Below are positions 31,959-43,582 of a stretch of 64,000 bases of DNA, one piece after another. Below the pieces are notes generated by a model. That model did not search any database, was not told where the DNA came from, and saw only the letters and a program-made list of their open reading frames with translations. Both the position numbers and the translations under genes were made by a program. This DNA comes from Escherichia coli. Its GTDB lineage: Bacteria > Pseudomonadota > Gammaproteobacteria > Enterobacterales > Enterobacteriaceae. Position 1 is the first letter of the stretch. The number at the start of each line of letters is the position of its first letter. The stretch is taken from assembly GCF_002854065.1 (NCBI RefSeq), contig NZ_CP024147.1. One strand, given 5' to 3'.

Positions 31959-32152
31959 AGGTCTGCTCAAGCCGTAATTGATATTTGTCAATTTTAACAT
32001 CTTTTTAGGGAGCAAGTAAGTCTAAGCAAACCTTAACAGCAGAGAATTCCGATATTAGATGTAAATATATGTCTATCTATTTGAAAACCCTTAAGTTGTT
32101 AAGGGTAACTTTACATAAAAGTGTGAACAAGCTGGCACAAATTGTTTAATGT

Positions 32153-32668
32153 TTACAGCAAAAGATAACCTTCGTGGCGCAATAACCACTCTTTTCGCTG
32201 AACTCCGCCTGCATATCCGGTCATGGTGCCGTTTCGGCCAATAACCCGATGGCAAGGTACGACGATGCTGATGGGATTCGATCCGTTTGCCGCACCAACG
32301 GCACGCGCCGCGCCAGGGCGGCCCAATTGTTCAGCCAGTTGGCCGTAATGCATTACCTGCCCGCAGGGAATGGTGCGTAGTGTTTTCCAGACTTCGCGCT
32401 GAAATGGCGTCCCCCCTGTGGCAGTGGGAAGCGTATCAATAATGCTAAGATTACCGGCAAAATAATCACGAAGCTTGTCGCTTAAACCGCCTGGGTTGGT
32501 GGCAGAAATGCGCTCATAGCCTTCTTTGCGATAATGGATGTCCAGAAGCTGCACCATGCGTTCGCTGTACTCTTCCCATTCAACCGCCCGCAGACGAAAT
32601 TGCTCATCGCAAATCACCCACAGTGGACCCAGTGGCGTGGCAATTTTTTCTTCAAGTAATCTCAGCAT
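32153..32668 (-). CDS. ogt: O6-alkylguanine-DNA alkyltransferase Ogt
   Basis: ORF track 171 aa; active-site motif PCHRVIG. Confidence 0.92.
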   Translation of the reverse strand: MLRLLEEKIATPLGPLWVICDEQFRLRAVEWEEYSERMVQLLDIHYRKEGYERISATNPGGLSDKLRDYFAGNLSIIDTLPTATGGTPFQREVWKTLRTIPCGQVMHYGQLAEQLGRPGAARAVGAANGSNPISIVVPCHRVIGRNGTMTGYAGGVQRKEWLLRHEGYLLL

Positions 32669-32678
32669 CCGTTCTCTC

Positions 32679-32747
32679 TTAAGACAAACGTGGGTAAATC
32701 CCCGGACCTATCGGCAGACCAACAAGATACCACGCCAGCAACATCAG
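32679..32747 (-). pseudogene. abgT: Residual 3-prime end (22 codons + stop) of abgT, truncated by IS1
   Basis: Reverse translation [26 protein letters not shown] runs from the IS1 end to a stop 10 nt before the ogt start; abgT is the K-12 upstream neighbour of ogt. C-terminal identity is from synteny, not exact recall. Confidence 0.55.
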
Positions 32748-32802
32748 GGTGATGCTGCCAACTTACTGATTTAGTGTATGATGGTGTTTTTGAGGTGCTC
32801 CA

Positions 32803-33078
32803 GTGGCTTCTGTTTCTATCAGCTGTCCCTCCTGTTCAGCTACTGACGGGGTGGTGCGTAACGGCAAAAGCACTGCCGGACATCAGCGCTATCTCTGCTC
32901 TCACTGCCGTAAAACATGGCAACTGCAGTTCACTTACACCGCTTCTCAACCCGGTACGCACCAGAAAATCATTGATATGGCCATGAATGGCGTTGGATGC
33001 CGGGCAACCGCCCGCATTATGGGCGTTGGCCTCAACACGATTTTCCGCCATTTAAAAAACTCAGGCCGCAGTCGGTAA
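32803..33078 (+). CDS. insA: IS1 InsA
   Basis: ORF track 91 aa, same protein as copy 1. Confidence 0.92.
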   Translation: MASVSISCPSCSATDGVVRNGKSTAGHQRYLCSHCRKTWQLQFTYTASQPGTHQKIIDMAMNGVGCRATARIMGVGLNTIFRHLKNSGRSR

Positions 33079-33500
33079 CCTCGCGCATACAGCCGGGCAG
33101 TGACGTCATCGTCTGCGCGGAAATGGACGAACAGTGGGGATACGTCGGGGCTAAATCGCGCCAGCGCTGGCTGTTTTACGCGTATGACAGGCTCCGGAAG
33201 ACGGTTGTTGCGCACGTATTCGGTGAACGCACTATGGCGACGCTGGGGCGTCTTATGAGCCTGCTGTCACCCTTTGACGTGGTGATATGGATGACGGATG
33301 GCTGGCCGCTGTATGAATCCCGCCTGAAGGGAAAGCTGCACGTAATCAGCAAGCGATATACGCAGCGAATTGAGCGGCATAACCTGAATCTGAGGCAGCA
33401 CCTGGCACGGCTGGGACGGAAGTCGCTGTCGTTCTCAAAATCGGTGGAGCTGCATGACAAAGTCATCGGGCATTATCTGAACATAAAACACTATCAATAA
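32997..33500 (+). CDS. insB: IS1 InsB
   Basis: ORF track 167 aa, same protein as copy 1. Confidence 0.9.
   Translation: MPGNRPHYGRWPQHDFPPFKKLRPQSVTSRIQPGSDVIVCAEMDEQWGYVGAKSRQRWLFYAYDRLRKTVVAHVFGERTMATLGRLMSLLSPFDVVIWMTDGWPLYESRLKGKLHVISKRYTQRIERHNLNLRQHLARLGRKSLSFSKSVELHDKVIGHYLNIKHYQ
33054..33060 (+). promoter_or_regulatory. IS1 A6C slippery motif (AAAAAAC) for programmed -1 frameshift producing InsAB-prime
   Basis: Motif read directly in the insA/insB overlap; mechanism is established IS1 biology. Equivalent motif is present in copies 1 and 3. Confidence 0.6.
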
Positions 33501-33515
33501 GTTGGAGTCATTACC

Positions 33516-33656
33516 GGTTCGTAGCTGACTAAACGTGAGTTCTTGCATCAACAGTCGCGCCGCGCTATTGGCATAAATTAACTGTTCCTCAAAGGGCGAA
33601 ACGATCCAGACAGGACTGGTGAGTAAGTCCAGGGTATTGAAGTTGTGCGTAATCAT
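33516..33656 (-). pseudogene. dgcM: Residual 5-prime end (~47 codons, MITHNFNTLDLLTSPVWIVSPFEEQLIYANSAARLLMQELTFSQLRT) of diguanylate cyclase dgcM (ydaM), truncated by IS1
   Basis: ORF track 33435..33716 runs into IS1; the portion outside IS1 resembles the DgcM N-terminal PAS region as I recall it; divergent from zntB as in K-12. Confidence 0.6.
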
Positions 33657-33889
33657 TGAGATCCCATTATTTTTATCAATTTTTGTTGCTATCCGATCGC
33701 AAAAAAGCCACATCATATGATCAGATAATTCTGATAATGATAGACGCTATTTAACACTTCACACGGTTTGTATACGGAAAAGCATTTTGCTTTTTGTATT
33801 CAATTTAGACAGAATTTTATTAATCATTTCAGGGTAATGGGGTGATGAGATGTTGCGTAACAGGGCCAGAAGGCTAGACTACAAAATAA

Positions 33890-34894
<1,005 letters not shown>

Positions 34895-34940
34895 CAAAAG
34901 CAATTTTTCCGGCTATCTGTATACAAAAACGCCGCAAAGT

Positions 34941-34954
34941 TTGAGCGAAGTCAA
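34941..34954. promoter_or_regulatory. FNR-binding site TTGAGCGAAGTCAA centred ~42 bp upstream of fnrS
   Basis: Close match to TTGAT-N4-ATCAA; class II spacing to the sRNA 5-prime end. Confidence 0.6.
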
Positions 34955-34989
34955 TAAACTCTCTACCCATTCAGGGCAATATCTCTCTT

Positions 34990-35111
34990 GCAGGTGAATG
35001 CAACGTCAAGCGATGGGCGTTGCGCTCCATATTGTCTTACTTCCTTTTTTGAATTACTGCATAGCACAATTGATTCGTACGACGCCGACTTTGATGAGTC
35101 GGCTTTTTTTT
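34990..35111 (+). ncRNA. fnrS: FnrS small RNA (FNR-activated, Hfq-dependent)
   Basis: Sequence gcaggtgaatgcaacgtcaagcgatgggcgttgcgctccatattgtc... recognised from memory as FnrS; ends in hairpin gacgccgactttgatgagtcggc plus T8; lies between zntB and dbpA as in K-12. Confidence 0.85.
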
Positions 35112-35168
35112 GCCTGTTATTTATCAGCGTCTACCCTTTAAGAGTCCACCCAATGACCGGAGGGAAAT

Positions 35169-35342
35169 ATGACGACACTTATTTATTTGCAAATTCCTGT
35201 CCCTGAACCGATTCCTGGCGATCCTGTTCCAGTTCCCGATCCGATCCCTCGCCCGCAACCCATGCCTGACCCACCACCCGATGAAGAACCGATTAAATTG
35301 TCGCATCGTGAGCGTAGATCTGCGAGGATACGCGCCTGCTAA
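35169..35342 (+). CDS. Candidate small proline-rich protein (57 aa) with strong Shine-Dalgarno, immediately upstream of dbpA
   Basis: ATG at 35169 preceded by GGAGGG at suitable spacing; translation MTTLIYLQIPVPEPIPGDPVPVPDPIPRPQPMPDPPPDEEPIKLSHRERRSARIRAC; below the ORF-track size cutoff; no homology evidence available to me. Confidence 0.3.
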   Translation: MTTLIYLQIPVPEPIPGDPVPVPDPIPRPQPMPDPPPDEEPIKLSHRERRSARIRAC

Positions 35343-35371
35343 CTTTGCGTCGATGACCACGAGAATAGATT

Positions 35372-36745
35372 GTGACCGCTTTTTCTACCCTGAATGTTTT
35401 GCCTCCCGCCCAACTCACGAACCTTAATGAGTTGGGTTATTTAACCATGACGCCGGTGCAGGCCGCCGCGCTTCCGGCGATCCTTGCCGGAAAAGATGTT
35501 CGCGTGCAGGCGAAAACTGGCAGCGGCAAAACGGCGGCTTTTGGCCTCGGCTTGTTACAGCAAATTGATGCGTCGCTATTTCAAACCCAGGCTTTAGTGC
35601 TGTGTCCTACGCGTGAACTGGCGGATCAGGTGGCAGGTGAATTGCGTCGGCTGGCGCGTTTTCTGCCAAATACCAAAATTTTGACGTTGTGCGGTGGTCA
35701 ACCGTTCGGTATGCAGCGTGATTCGTTGCAACATGCGCCGCATATTATCGTGGCAACGCCGGGCCGTTTGCTGGATCACCTGCAAAAAGGCACGGTATCA
35801 CTGGATGCGCTGAATACTTTGGTGATGGATGAGGCCGACCGCATGCTGGATATGGGATTTAGCGATGCCATTGATGATGTCATCCGTTTTGCGCCGGCAT
35901 CTCGACAGACGCTTCTGTTTTCGGCAACCTGGCCGGAAGCCATCGCCGCAATCAGCGGACGAGTGCAACGCGATCCTTTGGCGATTGAAATTGACTCAAC
36001 AGATGCTTTGCCACCCATTGAACAACAATTTTATGAGACATCCAGTAAAGGCAAAATTCCTCTGTTGCAACAGTTATTAAGCTTGCATCAGCCATCCTCT
36101 TGCGTGGTGTTTTGCAATACCAAAAAAGATTGCCAGGCTGTCTGCGACGCGCTGAATGAAGTAGGGCAAAGTGCATTGTCATTACACGGCGATTTGGAGC
36201 AACGCGATCGCGATCAGACCCTGGTACGTTTTGCTAACGGTAGCGCCCGTGTACTGGTCGCGACTGATGTTGCTGCGCGTGGTCTGGATATTAAATCGCT
36301 TGAGCTGGTGGTGAACTTTGAGCTGGCGTGGGACCCTGAAGTTCATGTACATCGCATCGGTCGTACAGCTCGTGCAGGAAATAGCGGTCTGGCGATCAGT
36401 TTCTGTGCTCCGGAAGAAGCACAGCGGGCCAATATCATTTCTGACATGTTGCAGATAAAACTTAACTGGCAAACGCCGCCAGCTAATAGTTCCATTGTGA
36501 CGCTGGAAGCAGAAATGGCAACGTTGTGTATCGATGGCGGGAAAAAAGCCAAAATGCGCCCGGGTGATGTATTAGGTGCACTGACAGGAGATATCGGGCT
36601 TGATGGCGCAGATATAGGCAAAATCGCCGTGCATCCGGCGCATGTCTATGTCGCGGTCCGTCAGGCTGTTGCTCATAAAGCATGGAAACAGTTACAGGGC
36701 GGGAAGATTAAAGGAAAAACGTGCCGGGTGCGGTTATTAAAATAA
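35372..36745 (+). CDS. dbpA: ATP-dependent RNA helicase DbpA (DEAD-box, 23S rRNA-specific)
   Basis: ORF track 457 aa, alternative (GTG) start; motifs AKTGSGKT and DEAD (VMDEADRM). Confidence 0.92.
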   Translation: MTAFSTLNVLPPAQLTNLNELGYLTMTPVQAAALPAILAGKDVRVQAKTGSGKTAAFGLGLLQQIDASLFQTQALVLCPTRELADQVAGELRRLARFLPNTKILTLCGGQPFGMQRDSLQHAPHIIVATPGRLLDHLQKGTVSLDALNTLVMDEADRMLDMGFSDAIDDVIRFAPASRQTLLFSATWPEAIAAISGRVQRDPLAIEIDSTDALPPIEQQFYETSSKGKIPLLQQLLSLHQPSSCVVFCNTKKDCQAVCDALNEVGQSALSLHGDLEQRDRDQTLVRFANGSARVLVATDVAARGLDIKSLELVVNFELAWDPEVHVHRIGRTARAGNSGLAISFCAPEEAQRANIISDMLQIKLNWQTPPANSSIVTLEAEMATLCIDGGKKAKMRPGDVLGALTGDIGLDGADIGKIAVHPAHVYVAVRQAVAHKAWKQLQGGKIKGKTCRVRLLK

Positions 36746-36793
36746 TGAAATGTTGAATTGCCGGGTGCAAGAGTAAACATCTTATTCGGGATT

Positions 36794-36863
36794 GCCGGAT
36801 GCGACGCTGGCCGCGTCTTATCCGGCCTCCATAAGAGTAGCCCGATACGCTTGCGCATCGGGC
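36794..36863. repeat. REP elements (gccggatgcgacgctggccgcgtcttatccggc and cccgatacgcttgcgcatcgggc) between convergent dbpA and ttcA
   Basis: Palindromic REP consensus read directly. Confidence 0.75.
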
Positions 36864-36873
36864 GCTATCCTGG

Positions 36874-37809
36874 TTATTTCACTTCAACCACATTCAGCCG
36901 TAACTCATCCAACTGATTTTCATCTTCTTCTGGCTGCCAGCCCGCCGGTTGTAGTGGGATCTCTTCGCGATCAAACGCCAGATCACCCCCGTTAACCACT
37001 TCAGAACCGTGGGTGATGCCTTTGAAATCGAACAGGTTGGTATCGCACAGATGCGACGGCACCACATTCTGCATCGCGCTGAACATCGTCTCGATACGCC
37101 CTGGATAACGTTTATCCCAGTCACGCAACATGTCAGCAATCACCTGACGTTGCAGGTTAGGCTGTGAACCGCACAGGTTGCACGGAATAATGGGGAACGC
37201 TTTTGCATCGGCAAATCGCTGAATATCTTTCTCGCGGCAGTAGGCCAGCGGACGAATAACGATATGTTTGCCATCATCGCTCATCAGTTTCGGAGGCATA
37301 CCTTTCATCTTGCCGCCGTAGAACATATTTAAGAACAGCGTCTGCAGGATATCGTCACGATGGTGACCCAGCGCGATCTTCGTCGCCCCCAGTTCCGTTG
37401 CGGTACGATAAAGAATACCGCGACGAAGGCGAGAACACAGTGAGCAAGTGGTTTTGCCCTCTGGAATCTTCTCTTTCACGATACCGTAAGTGTTCTCTTC
37501 AACAATCTTGTACTCAACGCCCAGCTTTTCAAGATACTCGGGCAGAACGTGCTCCGGGAAGCCCGGTTGCTTTTGATCGAGGTTAACAGCCACCAGCGAA
37601 AAATTGATTGGCGCGCTTTGCTGCAAATTGCGCAGAATCTCCAGCATGGTATAGCTGTCTTTACCCCCGGAGAGGCAAACCATGATGCGATCGCCTTCTT
37701 CAATCATATTGAAGTCAGCAATGGCTTCGCCCACGTTACGACGCAGGCGTTTTTGTAATTTGTTCAGGTTGTATTGTTCTTTCTTGCTAATTTCTTGATT
37801 TTGCGACAT
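36874..37809 (-). CDS. ttcA: tRNA 2-thiocytidine synthetase TtcA
   Basis: ORF track 311 aa; PP-loop SGGKDS and CxxC pairs. Confidence 0.92.
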   Translation of the reverse strand: MSQNQEISKKEQYNLNKLQKRLRRNVGEAIADFNMIEEGDRIMVCLSGGKDSYTMLEILRNLQQSAPINFSLVAVNLDQKQPGFPEHVLPEYLEKLGVEYKIVEENTYGIVKEKIPEGKTTCSLCSRLRRGILYRTATELGATKIALGHHRDDILQTLFLNMFYGGKMKGMPPKLMSDDGKHIVIRPLAYCREKDIQRFADAKAFPIIPCNLCGSQPNLQRQVIADMLRDWDKRYPGRIETMFSAMQNVVPSHLCDTNLFDFKGITHGSEVVNGGDLAFDREEIPLQPAGWQPEEDENQLDELRLNVVEVK

Positions 37810-37984
37810 TTAAAAGCGACTCAATTCGTTATATGGCATCAGAAGAGTATGCGTCATGCCGGAACGCCCAGCATAAGAAATCTGATATAAAAACTGTGGC
37901 GTGTATGGTACGGATTAGAGAGGAAAATGTCAGCACATTTGCGAAATGAATCAAAAAGCCCGCAGCAATGTGCGGGCGTTAGTG

Positions 37985-38500
<516 letters not shown>

Positions 38501-38525
38501 TTAGATCAAAGGAGGAATAATAAGC

Positions 38526-38551
38526 AGAAAAAGCCCGCCATAACAGCGGGC
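38526..38551 (-). terminator. Rho-independent terminator of ompN (gcccgc-N7-gcgggc followed by U-run on the minus strand)
   Basis: Hairpin plus A5 on plus strand immediately 3-prime of the ompN stop. Confidence 0.7.
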
Positions 38552-38559
38552 AGGAGGAT

Positions 38560-39693
38560 TTAGAACTGATAAACCAGACCTAAAGCGACAATATCATCGG
38601 TAGAGATGCCGTTGGCAGCGTAGAAACTGTCATCTTCATCCAACAGGTTGATTTTATAGTCAACATAAGTGGACATGTTTTTATTGAAATAGTAAGTCGC
38701 GCCAACATCGGCGTATTTAACCAGATCTTTATCATCAACACCTGCCGGGTTGTCTGCACCACCGGCAGCGTGCAGGTCACGGCCTTTAGACATCAGGAAA
38801 GAGACTGCCGGACGCAGACCAAAATCAAACTGGTACTGTGCAGTGACTTCAAAGTTCTGGGTTTTGTTCGCAACTGCATAATCGCTGTCGCCAAACGGGG
38901 TCATATTACGCGTTTCTGAATACATGGTTGCCAGGTAAATATTGTTAGCATCGTATTTTAGCCCAGCAGTCCACGCGTCTGCTTTATCACCACCCGCCGC
39001 AGTATGGTTAACCTGGTCATTGGTGCGGTCAGAAGAGGTGTATGCCGCACCAGCGCTAAAGCCCATGCCTAAATCATATGTTGTGGAAAGACCCCAGCCG
39101 TCACCGTTTTCATGGCGAACATCACGTCCGTTGTTGGTGCCTTCCTGACCATTACTGGCACCTTCGTTGTTACCTTGATACTGCACCGCGAAGTTCAGAC
39201 CATTTACCAGACCGAAGAAATCAGTATTACGATAAGTCGCGACGCCATTGGCACGACCAGTCATAAAGTTGTCTGCATTGGTATAAGAGTCACCGCCAAA
39301 TTCAGGCAGCATATCGGTCCAGCCTTCGATGTCGTACATTACGCCATAATTACGTCCGTAATCGAAAGAACCGTAATCTGCAAATTTCAGTCCGGCAAAT
39401 GCCAGACGGGTCCATGACTGGTTTTTTGAAGATTCAGTGTTGTTTGCCTGAATATTGTATTCCCATTGACCGTAGCCAGTAAGTTGATCGTTAATTTGGG
39501 TTTCGCCTTTAAAACCCAGACGCGCATAGCTCTGGTCGCCATCTTTCGCTGAATTATCAGAAAAATAATGCAGGCCATCAACTTTGCCATACAGATCTAA
39601 TTTGTTGCCGTCTTTATTATAAACTTCGGCTGCATGTGCAGCACCTGCGGCGATCAGGGCAGGAATTAAAAGTGCCAGTACTTTGCTTTTCAT
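38560..39693 (-). CDS. ompN: Outer membrane porin OmpN
   Basis: ORF track 377 aa; signal peptide, porin fold ending ...LGLVYQF. Confidence 0.92.
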   Translation of the reverse strand: MKSKVLALLIPALIAAGAAHAAEVYNKDGNKLDLYGKVDGLHYFSDNSAKDGDQSYARLGFKGETQINDQLTGYGQWEYNIQANNTESSKNQSWTRLAFAGLKFADYGSFDYGRNYGVMYDIEGWTDMLPEFGGDSYTNADNFMTGRANGVATYRNTDFFGLVNGLNFAVQYQGNNEGASNGQEGTNNGRDVRHENGDGWGLSTTYDLGMGFSAGAAYTSSDRTNDQVNHTAAGGDKADAWTAGLKYDANNIYLATMYSETRNMTPFGDSDYAVANKTQNFEVTAQYQFDFGLRPAVSFLMSKGRDLHAAGGADNPAGVDDKDLVKYADVGATYYFNKNMSTYVDYKINLLDEDDSFYAANGISTDDIVALGLVYQF

Positions 39694-39920
39694 TGAATAA
39701 ATCCTTTAGTTATTTTATTTGCCTTTTATCCCCATTTCGGGGAGTGAAAACATCCTAAAGGAGAAGTTCAGTTAGCCGATAAATATCATTTGTTACGCCT
39801 TAAGTAAAACCTTAATCAAATAATTCCTCTGAAATGATAATAAGTCTGGTGAATGTATCGAAGATAATACATACAAAATAAAAATTATACTTTTTATTTT
39901 CTATACGTTATTCTGCGCGG

Positions 39921-40029
39921 GTTATATGCCTTTATTGTCACAGATTTTATTTTCTGTTGGGCCATTGCATTGCCACTGATTTTCCAACATATAAAAAGAC
40001 AAGCCCGAACAGTCGTCCGGGCTTTTTTT
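39921..40029 (+). ncRNA. micC: MicC small RNA (OmpC translational repressor)
   Basis: Sequence gttatatgcctttattgtcacagattttattttctgttgggccattgcattgccactg... recognised from memory; terminator gcccgaacagtcgtccgggc + T7; lies between ompN and pfo as in K-12. Confidence 0.85.
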
Positions 40030-40057
40030 AGAATTGGATAATCCTTATCCAGAGCAT

Positions 40058-43000
40058 TTAATCGGTGTTGCTTTTTTCCGCTTTTCCGGCCATTTGTGCC
40101 AGGAAGTCATAGCGTTTTTGCAAATCAGCTGCAGCATCTTTCCATAACTGTTCTGCCACTTCTGGCTGCTGCGAATTCAGACGACGGAAACGTTGCTCGT
40201 GAAGTAACGTTTCTTCCAGTGCTTCTGACGGCGGGCGTGAATCCAGCGCCAGCGGCAGTTTGCCTTCATCGGCACGACGCGGATCGAAGCGATATAGCGG
40301 CCAGAAGCCGGTAGCTGTGAGTTGGCGCATCTGGTCATGGCTGAGTGCCAGATCGTAACCATGCTCTTCACACGGGCTATAAGCAATGATCAGCGATGGT
40401 CCCGGATACGCTTCCGCTTCCTGAATCGCTTTCACCGTCTGGTTCAGTTGCGCGCCGAGAGAAATCTGCGCCACATAAACATGACCGTACATCATCATAC
40501 TGACGCCAAGATCTTTACGCGCTTTACGTTTGCCGTGCTCGCCAAATTTAGTTACTGCACCCAGCGGTGTCGCTTTCGACGCCTGACCACCGGTGTTGGA
40601 ATAGCATTGCGTATCCAGCACCAGAATGTTGACGTTTTCCGTCAAACTCAATACATGATCCAGACCGCCAAAGCCGATATCGTAAGCCCAGCCGTCGCCA
40701 CCAATCAGCCAGATTGATTTTTCTACCAGTGCATCTGCGTCACGCAGCAGTTCATGTGCTTCGGCAACATCGTTGAGTTGCTGGCGTAAAGCTGCGACCT
40801 GTTCTCGACGAACCTCTGGCGTAGCGTCTGATTTCAACGCCGTCAGTAATTCCGCCGGGATTTTATCGGCAAATTGATCCAGCAGACGCAGCACGCGGAC
40901 ACGGTGTTGATCGACCGTCAGGCGGAAACCAAGGCCAAATTCGGCATTATCTTCAAATAGAGAGTTCGCCCATGCCGGCCCACGACCGTTGGCATCGGTG
41001 GTATACGGTGTAGAGGGCAGGTTACCGCCATAAATTGAAGAACAGCCGGTGGCGTTAGCGATCAACATCCGGTCGCCATAGAGCTGAGTCAGCAATTTAA
41101 TATACGGCGTCTCGCCACAACCGGAGCAAGCACCGGAATATTCAAACAGCGGTGTAATCAGCTGCGATGTACGAATATCAATACGTTCCAGTTTGCTACG
41201 GTCTATTTCTGGCAGGTTGAGGAAGAAATCGTAATTGATTTTCTCTTCTTCGACATGTTCCAGGCGAGACATCATATTGATGGCTTTAATCTCTGGATTC
41301 TGACGGTCTTTCGCCGGGCAAACTTCGACGCACAGGTTACAACCGGTGCAATCTTCCGGTGCCACCTGCAAGACATATTTCTGCCCGCGCATATCACGCG
41401 ATTTCACATCCAGCGAATGCAGGCTGGCAGGGGCGTTTTCCATCGCTTCAGGCGGCACCACTTTTGCGCGAATAGCTGAGTGTGGGCAAGCGGCAACGCA
41501 GTGGTTACATTGGGTACAGAGTTCCTCTTTCCAGATGGGGATCTCTTCGGCGATATTGCGTTTTTCCCAGCGTGTAGTGCCCATCGGCCAGGTGCCGTCT
41601 GGCGGCAGCGCCGAAACGGGGAGGGCATCACCAAGCCCGGCGAGCATCGCAGCGGTTACGGTTTTCACGAAATCAGGGGCGGCATCGGAAACCACTGGCG
41701 GTCGATTGGCGCTGTGCGGATTTACCGGTTGCAACGGAACTTCTTCTACGGATTCACGCGCCAGCGCCAGAGCCTGCCAGTTGCGCTCCACCAGATCCTG
41801 GCCTTTGCTACTGTAACTTTTGGCAATCGCACCCTGCAATTCTGCGAGGGCGCTATCGCCAGGCAGAATTTGCGTCAGATGGAAAAAAGCCATCTGCATG
41901 ACGGTATTAATACGGGCCGCCAGGCCACATTCGCGGGCGATTTTCGCTGCGTTAATCACATAGAAGCACGCTTTTTTCTGGTTTAACACGGCCTGAACTT
42001 CTTGCGGCAAGCGCGACCACACTTCATCTGCGCTGTACGGCGTGTTGAGCAGGAAAATGCCGCCAGGTTTTAAACGCTCAGCCATCTGATATTTATCGAT
42101 AAACTGCAACTGGTGGCAGCCAACAAAATCAGCCTGGGAAATGAGATAAGCGGAACGAATCGGCTGTTCGCTCACTCGAAGGTGAGAAACCGTCAGACCG
42201 CCCGCCTTTTTGGAGTCGTAAACAAAATAGCCCTGTGCGTACCACGGCGTGGAATTACCGATAATCTTGATATTGTTTTTGGTCGCGGAAACGCTGCCAT
42301 CACTACCAAGGCCATAAAACAAGGCTTCCAGTTTCGCCGAGTTTGGCAGGGTGTTTTCCGGCAACGGCAGTGACAGATTGGTCACATCATCGTAAATACC
42401 AACCGTAAAGCGCGCTTTCGGTTTAGCCGCGTTGAGCTCGGCAAATACCGCCAGTACACAGTCCGGGCCAAATTCTTTGGATGAAAGACCATAGCGCCCA
42501 CCAATGACACGGGGCAGAGTTTCGCGCTCGCCATTATTAAAGGCTTCTGCCAGTGCGGTCATTACATCCAGATAGAGCGGTTCTGCCTGGGCACCGGGTT
42601 CTTTGGTTCTGTCCAGTACCGCTACGCTGCGTACGGATCCCGGCAGAGCTTGCAGCAAGTGTTTGGCGGAGAAGGGACGGTACAGGCGAACTTTCAGCAC
42701 GCCAACTTTTTCGCCACGGGTTAGCAATTCATCAACCACTTCTTCACAGGTGCCAATGGCAGAGCCCATCAGGATAATCACCCGTTCCGCTTGCGGATGC
42801 CCGTAATATTCAAACGGCTGATACTGACGACCTGTCGCGGCAGAGAAATCATTCATCGCCTGTTCAACATGGTCATAGACCGCGTTGTACCATGGGTTGG
42901 TGGCTTCGCGAGACTGGAAATAAGTGTCAGGATTGGCGGACGTACCGCGGATCACCGGATGTTCCGGGTTGAGCGCCCGGGCGCGATGAGCATCAATTTC

Positions 43001-43582
43001 GGCCTGCGGCATGAGATCAAGAATAGTGTCATCGGCCAGCGGGACAATTTTATTGATTTCGTGGGACGTACGGAAACCATCAAAGAAATGAATAAATGGC
43101 ACGCGGCTTTTCAGCGTCGCGATGTGCGAAATGAGAGCAAAGTCTTGCGCTTCCTGGACGTTTGCCGCACACAACATCGCGCAACCCGTCTGGCGCACCG
43201 CCATGACGTCGGAATGATCGCCAAAAATAGAGAGTGCATGTGTGGCAACGGTACGTGCCGCTACATGCAGGACAAACGGTGTGAGTTCGCCTGCCAGTTT
43301 GTACAGCGTCGGGATCATCAGCAGCAAACCCTGCGATGACGTAAACGATGTTGAAAGGGCACCCGTCTGCAAAGCGCCATGCACGGTAGCGATAGCACCC
43401 GCTTCCGACTGCATTTCAACCACGCGTGGTGTGTCTCCCCAAACGTTCTTCAAGCCGTTTCCGGCCCAGGCATCAGCCTGTTCTGCCATCGTGGAACTGG
43501 GGGTAATAGGGTAGATGGCGATAACTTCACTGGTGCGAAACGCCACCGAAGCAACCGCGCCATTACCGTCAATAGTAATCAT
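40058..43582 (-). CDS. ydbK: Pyruvate:flavodoxin oxidoreductase (YdbK / Pfo)
   Basis: ORF track 1174 aa; two 4Fe-4S ferredoxin motifs (CTQCNHCVAACP, CTGCNLCVEVCP) and TPP domain. Confidence 0.95.
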   Translation of the reverse strand: MITIDGNGAVASVAFRTSEVIAIYPITPSSTMAEQADAWAGNGLKNVWGDTPRVVEMQSEAGAIATVHGALQTGALSTSFTSSQGLLLMIPTLYKLAGELTPFVLHVAARTVATHALSIFGDHSDVMAVRQTGCAMLCAANVQEAQDFALISHIATLKSRVPFIHFFDGFRTSHEINKIVPLADDTILDLMPQAEIDAHRARALNPEHPVIRGTSANPDTYFQSREATNPWYNAVYDHVEQAMNDFSAATGRQYQPFEYYGHPQAERVIILMGSAIGTCEEVVDELLTRGEKVGVLKVRLYRPFSAKHLLQALPGSVRSVAVLDRTKEPGAQAEPLYLDVMTALAEAFNNGERETLPRVIGGRYGLSSKEFGPDCVLAVFAELNAAKPKARFTVGIYDDVTNLSLPLPENTLPNSAKLEALFYGLGSDGSVSATKNNIKIIGNSTPWYAQGYFVYDSKKAGGLTVSHLRVSEQPIRSAYLISQADFVGCHQLQFIDKYQMAERLKPGGIFLLNTPYSADEVWSRLPQEVQAVLNQKKACFYVINAAKIARECGLAARINTVMQMAFFHLTQILPGDSALAELQGAIAKSYSSKGQDLVERNWQALALARESVEEVPLQPVNPHSANRPPVVSDAAPDFVKTVTAAMLAGLGDALPVSALPPDGTWPMGTTRWEKRNIAEEIPIWKEELCTQCNHCVAACPHSAIRAKVVPPEAMENAPASLHSLDVKSRDMRGQKYVLQVAPEDCTGCNLCVEVCPAKDRQNPEIKAINMMSRLEHVEEEKINYDFFLNLPEIDRSKLERIDIRTSQLITPLFEYSGACSGCGETPYIKLLTQLYGDRMLIANATGCSSIYGGNLPSTPYTTDANGRGPAWANSLFEDNAEFGLGFRLTVDQHRVRVLRLLDQFADKIPAELLTALKSDATPEVRREQVAALRQQLNDVAEAHELLRDADALVEKSIWLIGGDGWAYDIGFGGLDHVLSLTENVNILVLDTQCYSNTGGQASKATPLGAVTKFGEHGKRKARKDLGVSMMMYGHVYVAQISLGAQLNQTVKAIQEAEAYPGPSLIIAYSPCEEHGYDLALSHDQMRQLTATGFWPLYRFDPRRADEGKLPLALDSRPPSEALEETLLHEQRFRRLNSQQPEVAEQLWKDAAADLQKRYDFLAQMAGKAEKSNTD

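Larger units (their letters stand above)
32748..33515 (+). mobile_element. IS1 (768 bp), copy 2, no target-site duplication; sits at a deletion junction
   Basis: IRL GGTGATGCTGCCAACTTACTGAT at 32748; IRR ...ATCAATAAGTTGGAGTCATTACC ending 33515; flanks caacatcag (left) and ggttcgtag (right) differ. Confidence 0.97.

Noticed and set aside
35124-35360. 78-aa minus-strand ORF antisense to the proline-rich small ORF
   Set aside because: Arginine-rich low-complexity translation with no ribosome-binding site; the sense-strand ORF has the strong Shine-Dalgarno.
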